From: Dehalococcoidia bacterium
Lineage (GTDB): Bacteria; Chloroflexota; Dehalococcoidia; Plut-88900
DNA length: 64,000 nt
Assembly: GCA_965249275.1 (NCBI GenBank)
Contig: CBDFLQ010000006.1
Span: 64,001-128,000, forward strand
Reading direction: 5' to 3'
Of the stretch, positions 26,072-35,365 are shown piece by piece. The stretch's first letter is position 1; each line of letters opens with the position of its first letter. A program made the position numbers and the translations under genes. Under the pieces are notes generated by a model that did not search any database, was not told the origin of the DNA, and worked only from the letters and a program-made list of their open reading frames with translations.

Positions 26072-27249
26072 CTACCCCGTCCCCAGATACTCCAGCGCCG
26101 CTTCCGTCATCACCTTCAACCCGACCTCCAGCGCCCGCTCGTCGAAACCGAACGTCCCGCTGTGATGAGGCCCGTACTCCCCCTCCTCATCCCCACCCCC
26201 GACGATGAAGTAGCACCCCGTCACTTCCTTCTGGAAGTACGCCATGTCATCGCCACCCATTGATGGCTCGCAGTCAATAACGTTTTCATCTCCAATGGCC
26301 CGAGTTGCGGCGCTGCGGACCAAGGCCGTCATTGCGGGATCGTTCATAACCACCGGGCTCTGATAAATGTCCTCAAATGCGTACGACGCCCCCGCCGCGG
26401 CCGTTATACCGCTCAGCACTTCTTCAATCCGCCCCATGACCCTGTCCCGCGTCCCGTCGTCAAAGGCCCGTACCGTGCCCTTTAGCTCGACCTCATCAGG
26501 GATTATGTTGAACGCCGTCCCGCCCCTTATCATCCCGATGCTCAGCACCGCCGCCTCCAACGCACCCACGTTCCGGCCCACTATCTGATGCAGTGCACTC
26601 ACTACCTGACCCGAGACCAATATCGGGTCGATCAACGATTCCGGGTGGGCCGCGTGACCTCCGGTCCCCTGGATTCTGATCGTGAACTCGTCCACGCTGG
26701 CGAACATACCCCCACCCTTACCCCCACCTTGCCAACGTCAAGCCCATTGATGATGTGAAGGGCCAGGGCCGCATCTACCTTCGGGTCCTCCAGCGCGCCC
26801 GACTCGATCATCCCCAGGGCCCCGCCCGCGGTCTCCTCCGCCGGCTGGAAAGCGAACTTAACATTCCCTTTGAGCTCCCCCCTCATCCCCACCAGCACCG
26901 ACGCCACTGACATAGCCACGGCTACGTGTCCGTCATGGCCTCAGGCATGCATCTTCCCCGGCTCACGAGAGCAATAGTCCGCATCGCTGTCCTCCTCGAC
27001 GGGCAACGCGTCCATGTCCGCCCTGATGAGCAACGTCCTCCCACCCGACCCCCCTCTCAGCAGTCCTGTAACCCCCGTACCCCCCACCCCAGTCTTCACC
27101 TCCAGCCCCAGTTCCCTTAACCCATCTGCCACCATCCCCGCCGTCCTCTCCTCCTCGAAAGACAACTCCGGGTGGCTGTGAATGTCCCTCCGAAGTGCCA
27201 CCATTGAGGGTATAACTTTCTCGTATGCGTGGTTCAGGTCTAGCGTCAT
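26072..27249 (-). CDS. M20D amidohydrolase with in-frame TGA (26941-26943) at the HACGHD Cys and a 1-nt frameshift near 26709-26713; candidate selenoprotein, alternatively a pseudogene
   Basis: RRDIHSHPELSFEE, LLIRADMDALP, GKMHA-U-GHDGH, FQPAEE, GGHAAHP, GTAFNII, GTVR, MGGDDMAYF, HH..F.FDE; three tracked ORFs join to about 392 aa. Confidence 0.85.
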
Positions 27250-27679
27250 GGAAAGTCTCCTTGAATATGGACTAGTGCAGCCCAGGCTAAGCGGATTCTA
27301 TATCACGCCCCGAGCCCCATCCAATACCCCCACCCCACCCCTCTATAGACGCAACCATTGTGGCTGCCCTGCCCCTTCCCTCCGTCATTCCAGTGCACCG
27401 ACACGGGAATCCAGAAATGACCTACTCGCGTTCCCTTCCAACTGTGACATCAACCCCTTGCTCCACCCCACACCCCATCCTATATAATAGTCCCATGCCA
27501 GCGTGCTCTTCCCTCTCTTCCACTCGGTATCCTTGCCCTCGGGAAAACGCGTGCAAAAACGTTTTCTTTCCGCAAATCAATCAAAGCAGGCACGAGTTTT
27601 GATTGTAACTATCAAAACTCCCCATTTTGACAAGATGCAAAAACCATCCAGTGTCCCCTCCATCTGTGACCCCCGCCCC

Positions 27680-27708
27680 TTGACCCCCGACCATGTGCGC
27701 GGTAATCT
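27680..27708 (+). promoter_or_regulatory. Putative sigma70 promoter
   Basis: TTGACC-N17-TAATCT upstream of the HesB gene. Confidence 0.5.
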
Positions 27709-27748
27709 ATTTCTAGGTATTCGCTAGACAGCAAGTCAGGAGAACCAA

Positions 27749-28090
27749 ATGGTAAGCCTAACCCCTCTGGCCCTTGAAAAAGTCAAGGAGTTCATCGCCG
27801 AGCAGAGCGAAGAAGAAATCTCGCTTCGCGTCATGATCGCCGGCATGGGCTGCGGCGGACCTCAGTACATGATGTCCCTCGACAACGAGATCTCTGCCGA
27901 GGACCTCACCGTTGAGCAGGATGGCCTGACAGTTGTCTACGACCCCGAGAGCGCCCCCATGCTTGACGGCTCGCAGATCGACTACATCGAGACCCTCGAA
28001 CGCTCTGGCTTCACCGTCAACAACCCCAACTTCCAGGCTGGTGGCGGCGGAGGCTGTGGTGGCAACTGCGCCTGCGGCCGAGGCGGCTAA
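27749..28090 (+). CDS. HesB/IscA-family Fe-S cluster assembly accessory protein
   Basis: LTPLALEKVK, GCGGPQY, LDGSQIDY, GFTVNNPN, C-terminal CGGNCACG. Confidence 0.9.
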   Translation: MVSLTPLALEKVKEFIAEQSEEEISLRVMIAGMGCGGPQYMMSLDNEISAEDLTVEQDGLTVVYDPESAPMLDGSQIDYIETLERSGFTVNNPNFQAGGGGGCGGNCACGRGG

Positions 28091-28124
28091 CCCCCGACCT
28101 CACATAATCGGCCTTGACGAAATC

Positions 28125-28154
28125 GGGCCCGCCGAATGGCGGGCCCTTTCTTTT
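28125..28154 (+). terminator. Rho-independent terminator
   Basis: GGGCCCGCC-GAAT-GGCGGGCCC followed by TTTCTTTT. Confidence 0.85.
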
Positions 28155-28207
28155 GATTGTACGTTAGTGTTATACTGGCATCACATCACAGTCAAAAAGG
28201 AGTTACA

Positions 28208-28450
28208 ATGGCTGTAAATCTCTCCATTAGAGAAGTTCCCGACGATTGGGCTGAAAAGCTGAAAGAAAGGGCAAGGCGCAACCACCGCTCGCAGCAGGGA
28301 GAACTGCTAGCAATACTTGAAGAAGCCCTCAGGCCCGGACGCCTATCTATAGAAGAAGTTCACCAAAAGATTCAAAGTATGCATTTACGCACACCCGATG
28401 AATCTACCCAATGGATAAGGGAAGATCGAGATGCCGGGTATAGTAGCTGA
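28208..28450 (+). CDS. FitA/Arc-like RHH antitoxin
   Basis: VNLSIREVPD...LKERARRNHRSQQGELLAILEEA, IREDRD tail; AAGGAG RBS. Confidence 0.85.
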   Translation: MAVNLSIREVPDDWAEKLKERARRNHRSQQGELLAILEEALRPGRLSIEEVHQKIQSMHLRTPDESTQWIREDRDAGYSS

Positions 28451-28814
28451 TGCATCCGTCCTAGCCGCAATTGCCTTCGGAGAACCCAATAGGTTGCAAG
28501 CACTTGCCCTCGTATCGGGCCATGAGATTCATGCTCCGTCCCTCATGGCATTTGAGATGACCAACATTGCTTGGAAGAAGATTCTTAGAAACCCTTCTCA
28601 ACATCTGACTACATCAAAAGGGCTTGATGCGATGCTCAGCGGAGCTATCTATTGGACTAAAGTGGACTTCAATAAGACCCTCGAATTAGCCCTCGAGACT
28701 GGACTGACCGCCTACGACGCCAGTTACCTCTACCTGGCTCAGACCCTCAGCATGCCGATAGCCACCTTCGACAGGAAATTGAGCTCTGCAGCCCAAGCCC
28801 GAGGCATCTACTAG
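28431..28814 (+). CDS. vapC: VapC-family PIN toxin
   Basis: IVADASVLAA, EMTN, LTAYDASYL.LA, ATFDRKL. Confidence 0.9.
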   Translation: MPGIVADASVLAAIAFGEPNRLQALALVSGHEIHAPSLMAFEMTNIAWKKILRNPSQHLTTSKGLDAMLSGAIYWTKVDFNKTLELALETGLTAYDASYLYLAQTLSMPIATFDRKLSSAAQARGIY

Positions 28815-28836
28815 CCTACCCCCCCACCCCGCCCCC

Positions 28837-30849
28837 CTAGGGCCGAATCCGCGTCCGTTTGTGGTTTATGTAGTCCACCAGGATGTACTCGCCCAGCCGG
28901 TCCGCTGTCGTGAAGAACGCCCGACCCCTGTTTATCTTCGTCACCTGTTCCATGAAGTCGATCAGGTAGTAGCTCGTGTCCAGCATAAAGACGTTGAGGG
29001 TTATCCTGTCCTTGGTGCAGCGCTTCACCTCTTGCAGGGTGGCCTGCACCGTTAGGAGACTCGGCGGCCACGCGAAGTAGGGATACCCCTGCTCCATGTG
29101 GGCGGTCGGCTCACCATCGGTGATCATGATGATCTGCTTGTTTTCACATTTGCGCTTCGCCAGGTACTCGCGCGCTAGCTGTAACCCGTGGTGCATGTTG
29201 GTACCGGGCGCACTATCGCTCGCTCCCGCCTCCGGCAGGTCCCGAGCCAATATCTCCTTCGCCATCAACGAAAAGCCGATTATGTGAAGATCATCCTTCG
29301 GGTACTGTCCCGATATCAGGCTGTGCAGCGCCAACGCCACCTTCTTAGCCCCGAAGAAGTCGCCGCTCATATCCATAGACCGGCTCTGGTCCAGCAGCAG
29401 CACCGTCGCACTCCGAGTCTGATGCTCGGGCTTGTAGATCTCCAGGTCCTCGGGTGTCATGTTCACCGGGATCCCCGGCCCCGACCTCTCCACCGCATTC
29501 AGTATCGTCCGCGGGATATTCAGCCGGAACGGGTCCCCGAATTCATAGGTCTTTGTCTCCTGCACGTCTTCCAACCCGATCCCGCTCCGCTGAGTCTCGT
29601 GGGCCGCGCGCCGGTCCTTCTTCATGTGCCCGAATATATCCCTCAAAGCCTTCTGCCCGATCCTCCGCAGCCCCTTCGGAGAAAGTTCCATCCGGCCGTC
29701 CTTGAACCGGAGATAGCCCGCTTCTTCCAACTCCCGGGCCAGTTCCCTCAGCGTCTCGATATTATCCTCCGCCTCCTGTCCCAACACCTCATTCAGCTTC
29801 TTCGTATCGATCCCCTCCAGCCCCCGGCTAGCCTGCGCCTTACGCAGCTGGGCCTCCAGCTCCTCCATGTTCTGTAGCTTGGACATCAGCTCCATCGCCT
29901 GGTCCCAGCTGAGCTCCTCTTCACCTTCAAACGGGTAGCCGCTTTTGCGCCGCCGCGTGGGATGCAGGGCTTCCAGGTTCTCCGCGAGGTTCGCCATCAG
30001 GTCTGCCAGGTCGGGGTCAGTGAGTTGGGACTGCATCATCTGCTCCAACGACTCCCGCGCCTCATCCGACAGGCTGTTCATCAACGACTGCATCTGCGAA
30101 ATCCGCCTCTGCAGCTCTTCTACGAACTCCTCCAGAGTGTCGGGCATGTCGGGGAAAGCTCTCCCGTACCTCTGCTTGAACTCGTCGTAGCCGGAATCGA
30201 GCCCCATGCGCTGCCGTTCGAGCATCTCATTGAGGTCGGAGAGCATCTGTTTTATGGCGTCCATTTCGCCGGCGCCCATGTTCTGCATCCGCTCCGCCAT
30301 GTCCCGGGCGTAAGGATCGAGCATCTTCTGGCGCAGCATGTCCAGCAGTTTCTGGAACTCCTCCCGCGCCTCCTCGTCGAAGAACTCGTAGTCCATCAGC
30401 TCCTTGAACATGCCGCCGGGGCTTTCGGGAAGGCCGTCGAGCGTGTCTTGTTTCCGTTGCACCATCCGCTCCAGCATCTCCTGCATCCCCTCCCCGGGCC
30501 CATCCCCCGTCTCGGCTTGTGCATCCTCCAGCCGCTTCTCCAGCCCTCCCCTCTCCATATCGACTATCTGGTCGAGTTTCTCTTTCAGATCCTCCATCAT
30601 CGAATCAAGGTCGTACTGCTTGAGCTGCCGTTCCTTCTCCCGACGAAGCTGGTTTATCAGGTCCCGCAGTCCCTGAATCCGCATACCCTGTCGAGTCTGC
30701 ATCCCCCTCTCTGTGAGCCGTTGGAGAGCAGATTCAAGGTTGCCATAGGCTAGAACGTCCTTCGTCAACTCATCCAGCAGCTCTTCGGCAGACGCCTTGA
30801 ACGGCTCCTGGGTCCCGTCCCATTTCGAATACCTGTATCGAATGCTCAA
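28837..30849 (-). CDS. vWA-domain protein (partner of the AAA+ ATPase at 35353)
   Basis: YRYSKWDGTQ start, RIGQKALRDIF, YEFGDP, LLLDQSRSM (MIDAS), GTNMHHGL, MITDGEPTAH. Confidence 0.88.
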   Translation of the reverse strand: MSIRYRYSKWDGTQEPFKASAEELLDELTKDVLAYGNLESALQRLTERGMQTRQGMRIQGLRDLINQLRREKERQLKQYDLDSMMEDLKEKLDQIVDMERGGLEKRLEDAQAETGDGPGEGMQEMLERMVQRKQDTLDGLPESPGGMFKELMDYEFFDEEAREEFQKLLDMLRQKMLDPYARDMAERMQNMGAGEMDAIKQMLSDLNEMLERQRMGLDSGYDEFKQRYGRAFPDMPDTLEEFVEELQRRISQMQSLMNSLSDEARESLEQMMQSQLTDPDLADLMANLAENLEALHPTRRRKSGYPFEGEEELSWDQAMELMSKLQNMEELEAQLRKAQASRGLEGIDTKKLNEVLGQEAEDNIETLRELARELEEAGYLRFKDGRMELSPKGLRRIGQKALRDIFGHMKKDRRAAHETQRSGIGLEDVQETKTYEFGDPFRLNIPRTILNAVERSGPGIPVNMTPEDLEIYKPEHQTRSATVLLLDQSRSMDMSGDFFGAKKVALALHSLISGQYPKDDLHIIGFSLMAKEILARDLPEAGASDSAPGTNMHHGLQLAREYLAKRKCENKQIIMITDGEPTAHMEQGYPYFAWPPSLLTVQATLQEVKRCTKDRITLNVFMLDTSYYLIDFMEQVTKINRGRAFFTTADRLGEYILVDYINHKRTRIRP

Positions 30850-30895
30850 ACCATCACCTGCTAGCTACCGTGTTTTACTGTGGCCCTCTCAGCGG

Positions 30896-31816
30896 TCAAG
30901 ACCGGAACGAATCGACCGTTCGGCTCAATCCCTCTTCCAGCGACACCGTAGGCTCCCACCCCAACACCCGACGCGCTTTTTCGGTGTTGAGGACTATCTT
31001 GAACACCTCGCCCTCGCTCAATGTCCTGTACTGGGGACTGAGCGAGTTGCCCGTTAGTCTGTCCAAATGACCGAATATCTCTTTCACTGAAGTCCCCATC
31101 CCCGACCCTAAATTGAACGCTTCGTCATCCCCGGTGCTGAGACAAATGACGTTGGCCCGAGCCACGTCCTGAACGTACAGGAAGTCCCGTTCCTGTTCGC
31201 CTGTCCCGTTGATCGTGACCCGTTCATTCTTCAACATCTTGCCCGCAAATATTGCGACTACTCCGGCCTCACCGCCGGGGTTCTGCCGGGGTCCGTACAC
31301 GTTGGCGTAGCGCAAAGCCGTATACCTCAGACCGAACAGGCTGCGATAAATGGGCAGGTACAGTTCAACCGCAGCCTTAGCTGCCCCGTAGGGGGCCAAA
31401 GGCTGGATTAGGTGGCTTTCGTCGCATGGCAGGGATATTGGCTCTCCGTAAATAGCCCCTCCGCTCGAGGAGAAGATTATCTTTTCAACGTCATTATTAC
31501 GGCATTCCTCAAGGACGTTAAGCGAACCCATTATGTTCTCGTCGGCATCCACCAGGGGCCCGCGTATCGACTTAGTTATGCTAGCCTGCGCCGCCAGATG
31601 ACAGACGAACCTCGGCTTATGCTCCTGAAATATACGTGCCAGGCCCGGGTCCCGAAGGTCGGCTTCCAGGACCAGGACGTCGGGGTTGACGTTCCCCCTG
31701 TTGCCCGTGACCAGGTTATCAATGACCACAACCTCGTAGCCCTCTTCGAGCATCGCATCGACAACGTGGGAGCCGATGAATCCCGCTCCCCCTGTCACCA
31801 GAACCTTGTCAGCCAT
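30896..31816 (-). CDS. NAD-dependent epimerase/dehydratase (UDP-glucose 4-epimerase-like)
   Basis: VTGGAGFIGSH, HLAAQ, SSGGAIYG, PYGAAK, RYANVYGPRQ, RDFLYV. Confidence 0.92.
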   Translation of the reverse strand: MADKVLVTGGAGFIGSHVVDAMLEEGYEVVVIDNLVTGNRGNVNPDVLVLEADLRDPGLARIFQEHKPRFVCHLAAQASITKSIRGPLVDADENIMGSLNVLEECRNNDVEKIIFSSSGGAIYGEPISLPCDESHLIQPLAPYGAAKAAVELYLPIYRSLFGLRYTALRYANVYGPRQNPGGEAGVVAIFAGKMLKNERVTINGTGEQERDFLYVQDVARANVICLSTGDDEAFNLGSGMGTSVKEIFGHLDRLTGNSLSPQYRTLSEGEVFKIVLNTEKARRVLGWEPTVSLEEGLSRTVDSFRS

Positions 31817-31900
31817 GCCCCTTTTCCCAGCTACTTCTCACTTCCCGGTGTAAAGACTCTTGCACCACAATGCCCAACATCTCCTGGGGTGGTGTCCTGT

Positions 31901-31957
31901 CCCCTCTCCCTCGATGGGAGAGGGCTAGGGTCGAAGACTCGCCGAGGAGAGTGAGGG
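31901..31957. repeat. REP-like repeat (CCCTCTCCC..GGGAGAGGG family)
   Basis: Matches 533-613 and 62471-62508. Confidence 0.8.
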
Positions 31958-31993
31958 CGATTCGATTCTTCCGAAAGCTGTTAAGCACAATTC

Positions 31994-33001
31994 TCAAAAG
32001 TGGGCGATCACCCCATCCGCAAACAGCTTCAGTGACTCTTCAAGACTCGTGAACCTGCCGTTGGAAGCTTGTGTGTTCAGCACTACCGTATCGAACCCCG
32101 ACACCGTCGCCATCCTCTCCACCTGTGCTCTAACCTCATGGGGTGTGCCTGCCAAGGCCAGCTGGTCGATGAATTTATCGGGCACGCCGCCCGCGTTCTT
32201 AGGCGCGTTTGGGTCGTGTGGGTACGGAGAAAACCCCTTCTTAATCCGCTCGATGGCTTCCCTGTCTTCCTCTTCGAACAGGTCCGGGTTGACCCGCGAC
32301 AGCAGACTGGCTACGTGCTTGGAGACGTGCTCCCGGGCCACTCCTCCCTCCTTCGCAATGGCGAAGGGCACCCACATTATCACGTCCGCCTCCGAAATAT
32401 CCTTCCCCGCCTCCCCCATCCCCGCGTAGGTCTTGTCCAGCCCCTCCTGCACAAAAGCCGGCCCCGACCCAGCCATCAGTATGATGTTCGATGTCATGCT
32501 TGTCGCCGCTCTTAGCATCTTCGGCCCCGTCCCTGCAACGTAAATCGGGATCCGGGTCGGGCTGTCCAGCCAGGAGATGCCGCCTCTCACACCGCCGTCG
32601 AAGTCCGTGTCCCTGTTGTCCAGCAGGTCTGTCAGCTGCCCGACGTACTCCTCCATCTCCGCAATGCGTGCCGGCCTTCGCCCTATGGTCCTGACCAGGC
32701 TGTTGCCCGTACTCACCCCCAGGATCACTCTGCCCGGCGCAAGTTCGTTCAACGAGGCAAAAGCGCCCGCCGTTACGCTCACGTGCCGGGTGTACGGCGC
32801 CGTGACCCCCGCCCCCAGCTTTATCCGGCTCGTGCCCAAGGCGCAGGCGGTCAGGGTAACGTAAAGCTCCCGGCACAACACCTGGGAGTCGGCGATCCAC
32901 AGACTGTCGTAGCCTAGCTCCTCCGCCAACTGCGCTATGCGCACTACCTCCGGCAGAGGTTGCTGCGCAAATATGCACGCCCCGAACTTCAGCTTTCTCA
33001 T
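31994..33001 (-). CDS. LLM-class (luciferase-like) flavin/F420-dependent oxidoreductase; start may be 33028
   Basis: AEELGYDSLWIADSQ, TSRIKLGAGVT.P.TRH, GRVILG, IPIYVAGTGPKML, LAGTPHEV. Confidence 0.88.
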   Translation of the reverse strand: MRKLKFGACIFAQQPLPEVVRIAQLAEELGYDSLWIADSQVLCRELYVTLTACALGTSRIKLGAGVTAPYTRHVSVTAGAFASLNELAPGRVILGVSTGNSLVRTIGRRPARIAEMEEYVGQLTDLLDNRDTDFDGGVRGGISWLDSPTRIPIYVAGTGPKMLRAATSMTSNIILMAGSGPAFVQEGLDKTYAGMGEAGKDISEADVIMWVPFAIAKEGGVAREHVSKHVASLLSRVNPDLFEEEDREAIERIKKGFSPYPHDPNAPKNAGGVPDKFIDQLALAGTPHEVRAQVERMATVSGFDTVVLNTQASNGRFTSLEESLKLFADGVIAHF

Positions 33002-33091
33002 AAACCGCCTTCCCACTAGTCTCGCCATTGTAACACCTGCTCCCACCATCTCTGATCCCCGTGTCATCCCGAGGCCCCGCGAGGGATCTAG

Positions 33092-34287
33092 GGAAGCTCT
33101 GAACAACTCACTGTAAACCAGCTTAGGTTGTCTTGCATGGAGTTTTGGGGAGAGGTTGGGTCGTAATGTTGCGTCTCGGTGGCTTATTTGCATCCTATGT
33201 TCTGGCCTGTCAGGGCATCCAGTCACCATCGACCCGGATTTGACCACACTGCTCCTCCGTCACACCGCTAAGTGGCGCTCGGCCCTTACCAAGTTGGCCA
33301 GCCCCAGCAGCATCGCCACCCGTTGCGTGTTCTTGTACAAGCCCCTGTAGCGGACCTTGGCGTAGCCGAAGTGCCGTTTCACGTACAGGAACGGATGCTC
33401 CACCTTAGCCCTGATGGATGATTTGCTCTTCTCCGCCAAGGCCTCGCAGCTCCCCGCCCTCAGTTTCCGACGCCGTCCAGGTCTCATCGCCACCCGCCAC
33501 TCCACATCCATATCCCGATTCTCCGCCCGCTTCTCCACTCCCTGATATCCCGCATCTCCCCACACTCGCCTCTCCCCTCCATGCAGCAGCCGGTGCGCCT
33601 CCGTCACGTCATGCACGTTCGCAGCTGTCGTACTCATACTGTGCACCACCCCCGTGTCAGCGTCTGCACCAATGTGCACTTTCATACCGAAGTGCCACTC
33701 CTTCCCCTTCTTCACCTGGTGCATATCGGGGTCTCGCTCTCCAGCACGGTTCTTCGTAGACGCCGGCGCCTCGATGATGCTCGCATCCACAATCGTACCC
33801 TCCCTGAGCCTCAGTCCCCGAGACTCCAGATGACGGTTGATCTCCTCGAACAGCCCCCGACCCAACTCCTGCTCTTCCAGCAGATGGCGGAAGTTCAGTA
33901 TCGTAGTCTCGTCAGGCAAGGGGCCGGACAGCCTCAGACCTGCGAACCGCCTCACCGACTCCACCTCGTAGAGCATGTCCTCCATGCCCGGATCGCTCAG
34001 GTTGTAGAACAGCTGCACGCAGTGTATCCGCAGCATCACCGACAACTCGTAGGGCCTCCGTCCACGGCCCGCCCTGGAATAGTAGGGCCGGATTCGCTCC
34101 TCTAACTTTCCCCATGGAACCAGGTCCTCCATCCGCTCCAGAAATATCTCCCGGCGGGTCTTTCGCTTCTTGCCCTCGTATTCCAAGTCTGCAAATGTCG
34201 GCTGCTCCATCAAATCTCACCTCAGCTTTGGCCTTACTCTCCCTATCTTACCTATTACCTATGCCCTTAGACTTGTTCAGAGGTTTC
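33092..34287 (-). mobile_element. IS5-family (IS5 subgroup) insertion sequence, about 1196 bp, with CTAG target duplication
   Basis: IRs GGAAGCTCTGAACAACTC / GAAACCTCTGAACAAGTC (15/18); CTAG at 33088-33091 and 34288-34291. Confidence 0.9.
33260..34213 (-). CDS. IS5-family transposase
   Basis: KKRKTRREIFLERM, MLRIH, LPDETTILNFRHLLE, GTIVDASII, WHFGMKVHIG, GDAGYQG, RAKVEHPF. Confidence 0.95.
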   Translation of the reverse strand: MMEQPTFADLEYEGKKRKTRREIFLERMEDLVPWGKLEERIRPYYSRAGRGRRPYELSVMLRIHCVQLFYNLSDPGMEDMLYEVESVRRFAGLRLSGPLPDETTILNFRHLLEEQELGRGLFEEINRHLESRGLRLREGTIVDASIIEAPASTKNRAGERDPDMHQVKKGKEWHFGMKVHIGADADTGVVHSMSTTAANVHDVTEAHRLLHGGERRVWGDAGYQGVEKRAENRDMDVEWRVAMRPGRRRKLRAGSCEALAEKSKSSIRAKVEHPFLYVKRHFGYAKVRYRGLYKNTQRVAMLLGLANLVRAERHLAV

Positions 34288-34369
34288 CTAGGACTTGCCC
34301 ACCCACATCCCACTATGCCATCCACCCCCTTGCGCCCCTACTCCCACCCCCCTTATCATCCCACCCGCT

Positions 34370-35365
34370 ATGGCCCCACCTCCAAACCCCAACTCTGCAA
34401 GAATAGTCGTCATAGGCGGCGGCACCGGTAACTATGTCGTCCTCAACGGGCTCAAGCACCACACTTCCAACCTCACCGCAATTGTCGCCATGACTGACAG
34501 CGGAGGCTCCTCCGGCCGGCTCCGAGACCAGCTCGGCCAGCTTCCTCCAGGGGATGTTCGCCAATGTCTCCTCGGCCTGAGCCCCGACAACCCCAACGAC
34601 TCAATCCTCCGCCGTCTCCTCGACTACCGCTTCGACCGCGGCCAAGACCTGCAGGGCCACAGCTTCGGCAACCTGATGCTCGCCGCCCTCACCGAGTTAA
34701 CCGGCAGCATGGCCCTCGCCATCATCGAGGCTGGGCGCATGCTACAGATCACTGGCCGCGTCCTCCCTGTGACCCTCACCAAGACCAACTTAAAGGCCCG
34801 GCTGGTCGATGGCACAGTCGTCTCCGGAGAGGCCAGCATCGACGTCCGCAGCATCAAGCCCGGCGTCCTAATCGATTATGTCTACCTCGATCCCCCTGCC
34901 CAGGTTTATGCTCCTGTGGTCGAGGCCATCCTTGAAGCCGACCTTGTAGTCATGGGCCCCGGCGACCTTTACACCAGCATCATCCCTAATCTGATGGTCG
35001 ACGGAGTTGGTGACGCAATAGCCCGCACCCGGGCCAAGGTTGTCTACACCTCCAACCTTATGACCAAACCCGGAGAGTCGGACTCGTTCAAAGTCTCCGA
35101 CTTCGTAAAGGAGGTGAAGGGTTACATGGGCCCGAGTGGGCGCATCGACTATCTTCTGGTCAACAGTGGTCCAATGCCAGAGGAGGTCGTGGACCGTTAC
35201 CGTTCTAGCAATGCCCACCCTGTCGAGTTGGATACTGAGGAATGCGCCGGCCTGGTTGGGCGGATAGTCCGTAGCCCGATAGTCGGGCATGGGGCACAGA
35301 TCAGACACGACTCCGACGCCTTGGCCAGGACGATCATGAGCGTGGCCGAGGATCAGGCCTCGTAG
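34370..35365 (+). CDS. yvcK: YvcK/CofD-like gluconeogenesis factor
   Basis: VVIGGGTG, IVAMTDSGGSSGRLR, PPGDVR, GHSFGNL, GPGDLYTSIIPNL, RHDS. Confidence 0.9.
   Translation: MAPPPNPNSARIVVIGGGTGNYVVLNGLKHHTSNLTAIVAMTDSGGSSGRLRDQLGQLPPGDVRQCLLGLSPDNPNDSILRRLLDYRFDRGQDLQGHSFGNLMLAALTELTGSMALAIIEAGRMLQITGRVLPVTLTKTNLKARLVDGTVVSGEASIDVRSIKPGVLIDYVYLDPPAQVYAPVVEAILEADLVVMGPGDLYTSIIPNLMVDGVGDAIARTRAKVVYTSNLMTKPGESDSFKVSDFVKEVKGYMGPSGRIDYLLVNSGPMPEEVVDRYRSSNAHPVELDTEECAGLVGRIVRSPIVGHGAQIRHDSDALARTIMSVAEDQAS

Noticed and set aside
10818-27249. Global TGA reassignment (Trp/Gly) as the explanation for the in-frame stops
   Set aside because: Many neighbouring genes end normally at TGA, and the readthrough sites align to Cys or Sec rather than Trp or Gly.
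27749-28090. HesB-like selenoprotein
   Set aside because: The relevant codon is TGC (GCGG) and there is no in-frame TGA.
33029-33247. Long N-terminal extension of the LLM oxidoreductase
   Set aside because: It runs through the REP and the IS5 end, so it is fortuitous. Similar over-extended starts were trimmed for ORFs ending at 5917, 7278 and 36807 and beginning at 15260, 34295, 41410 and 42307.
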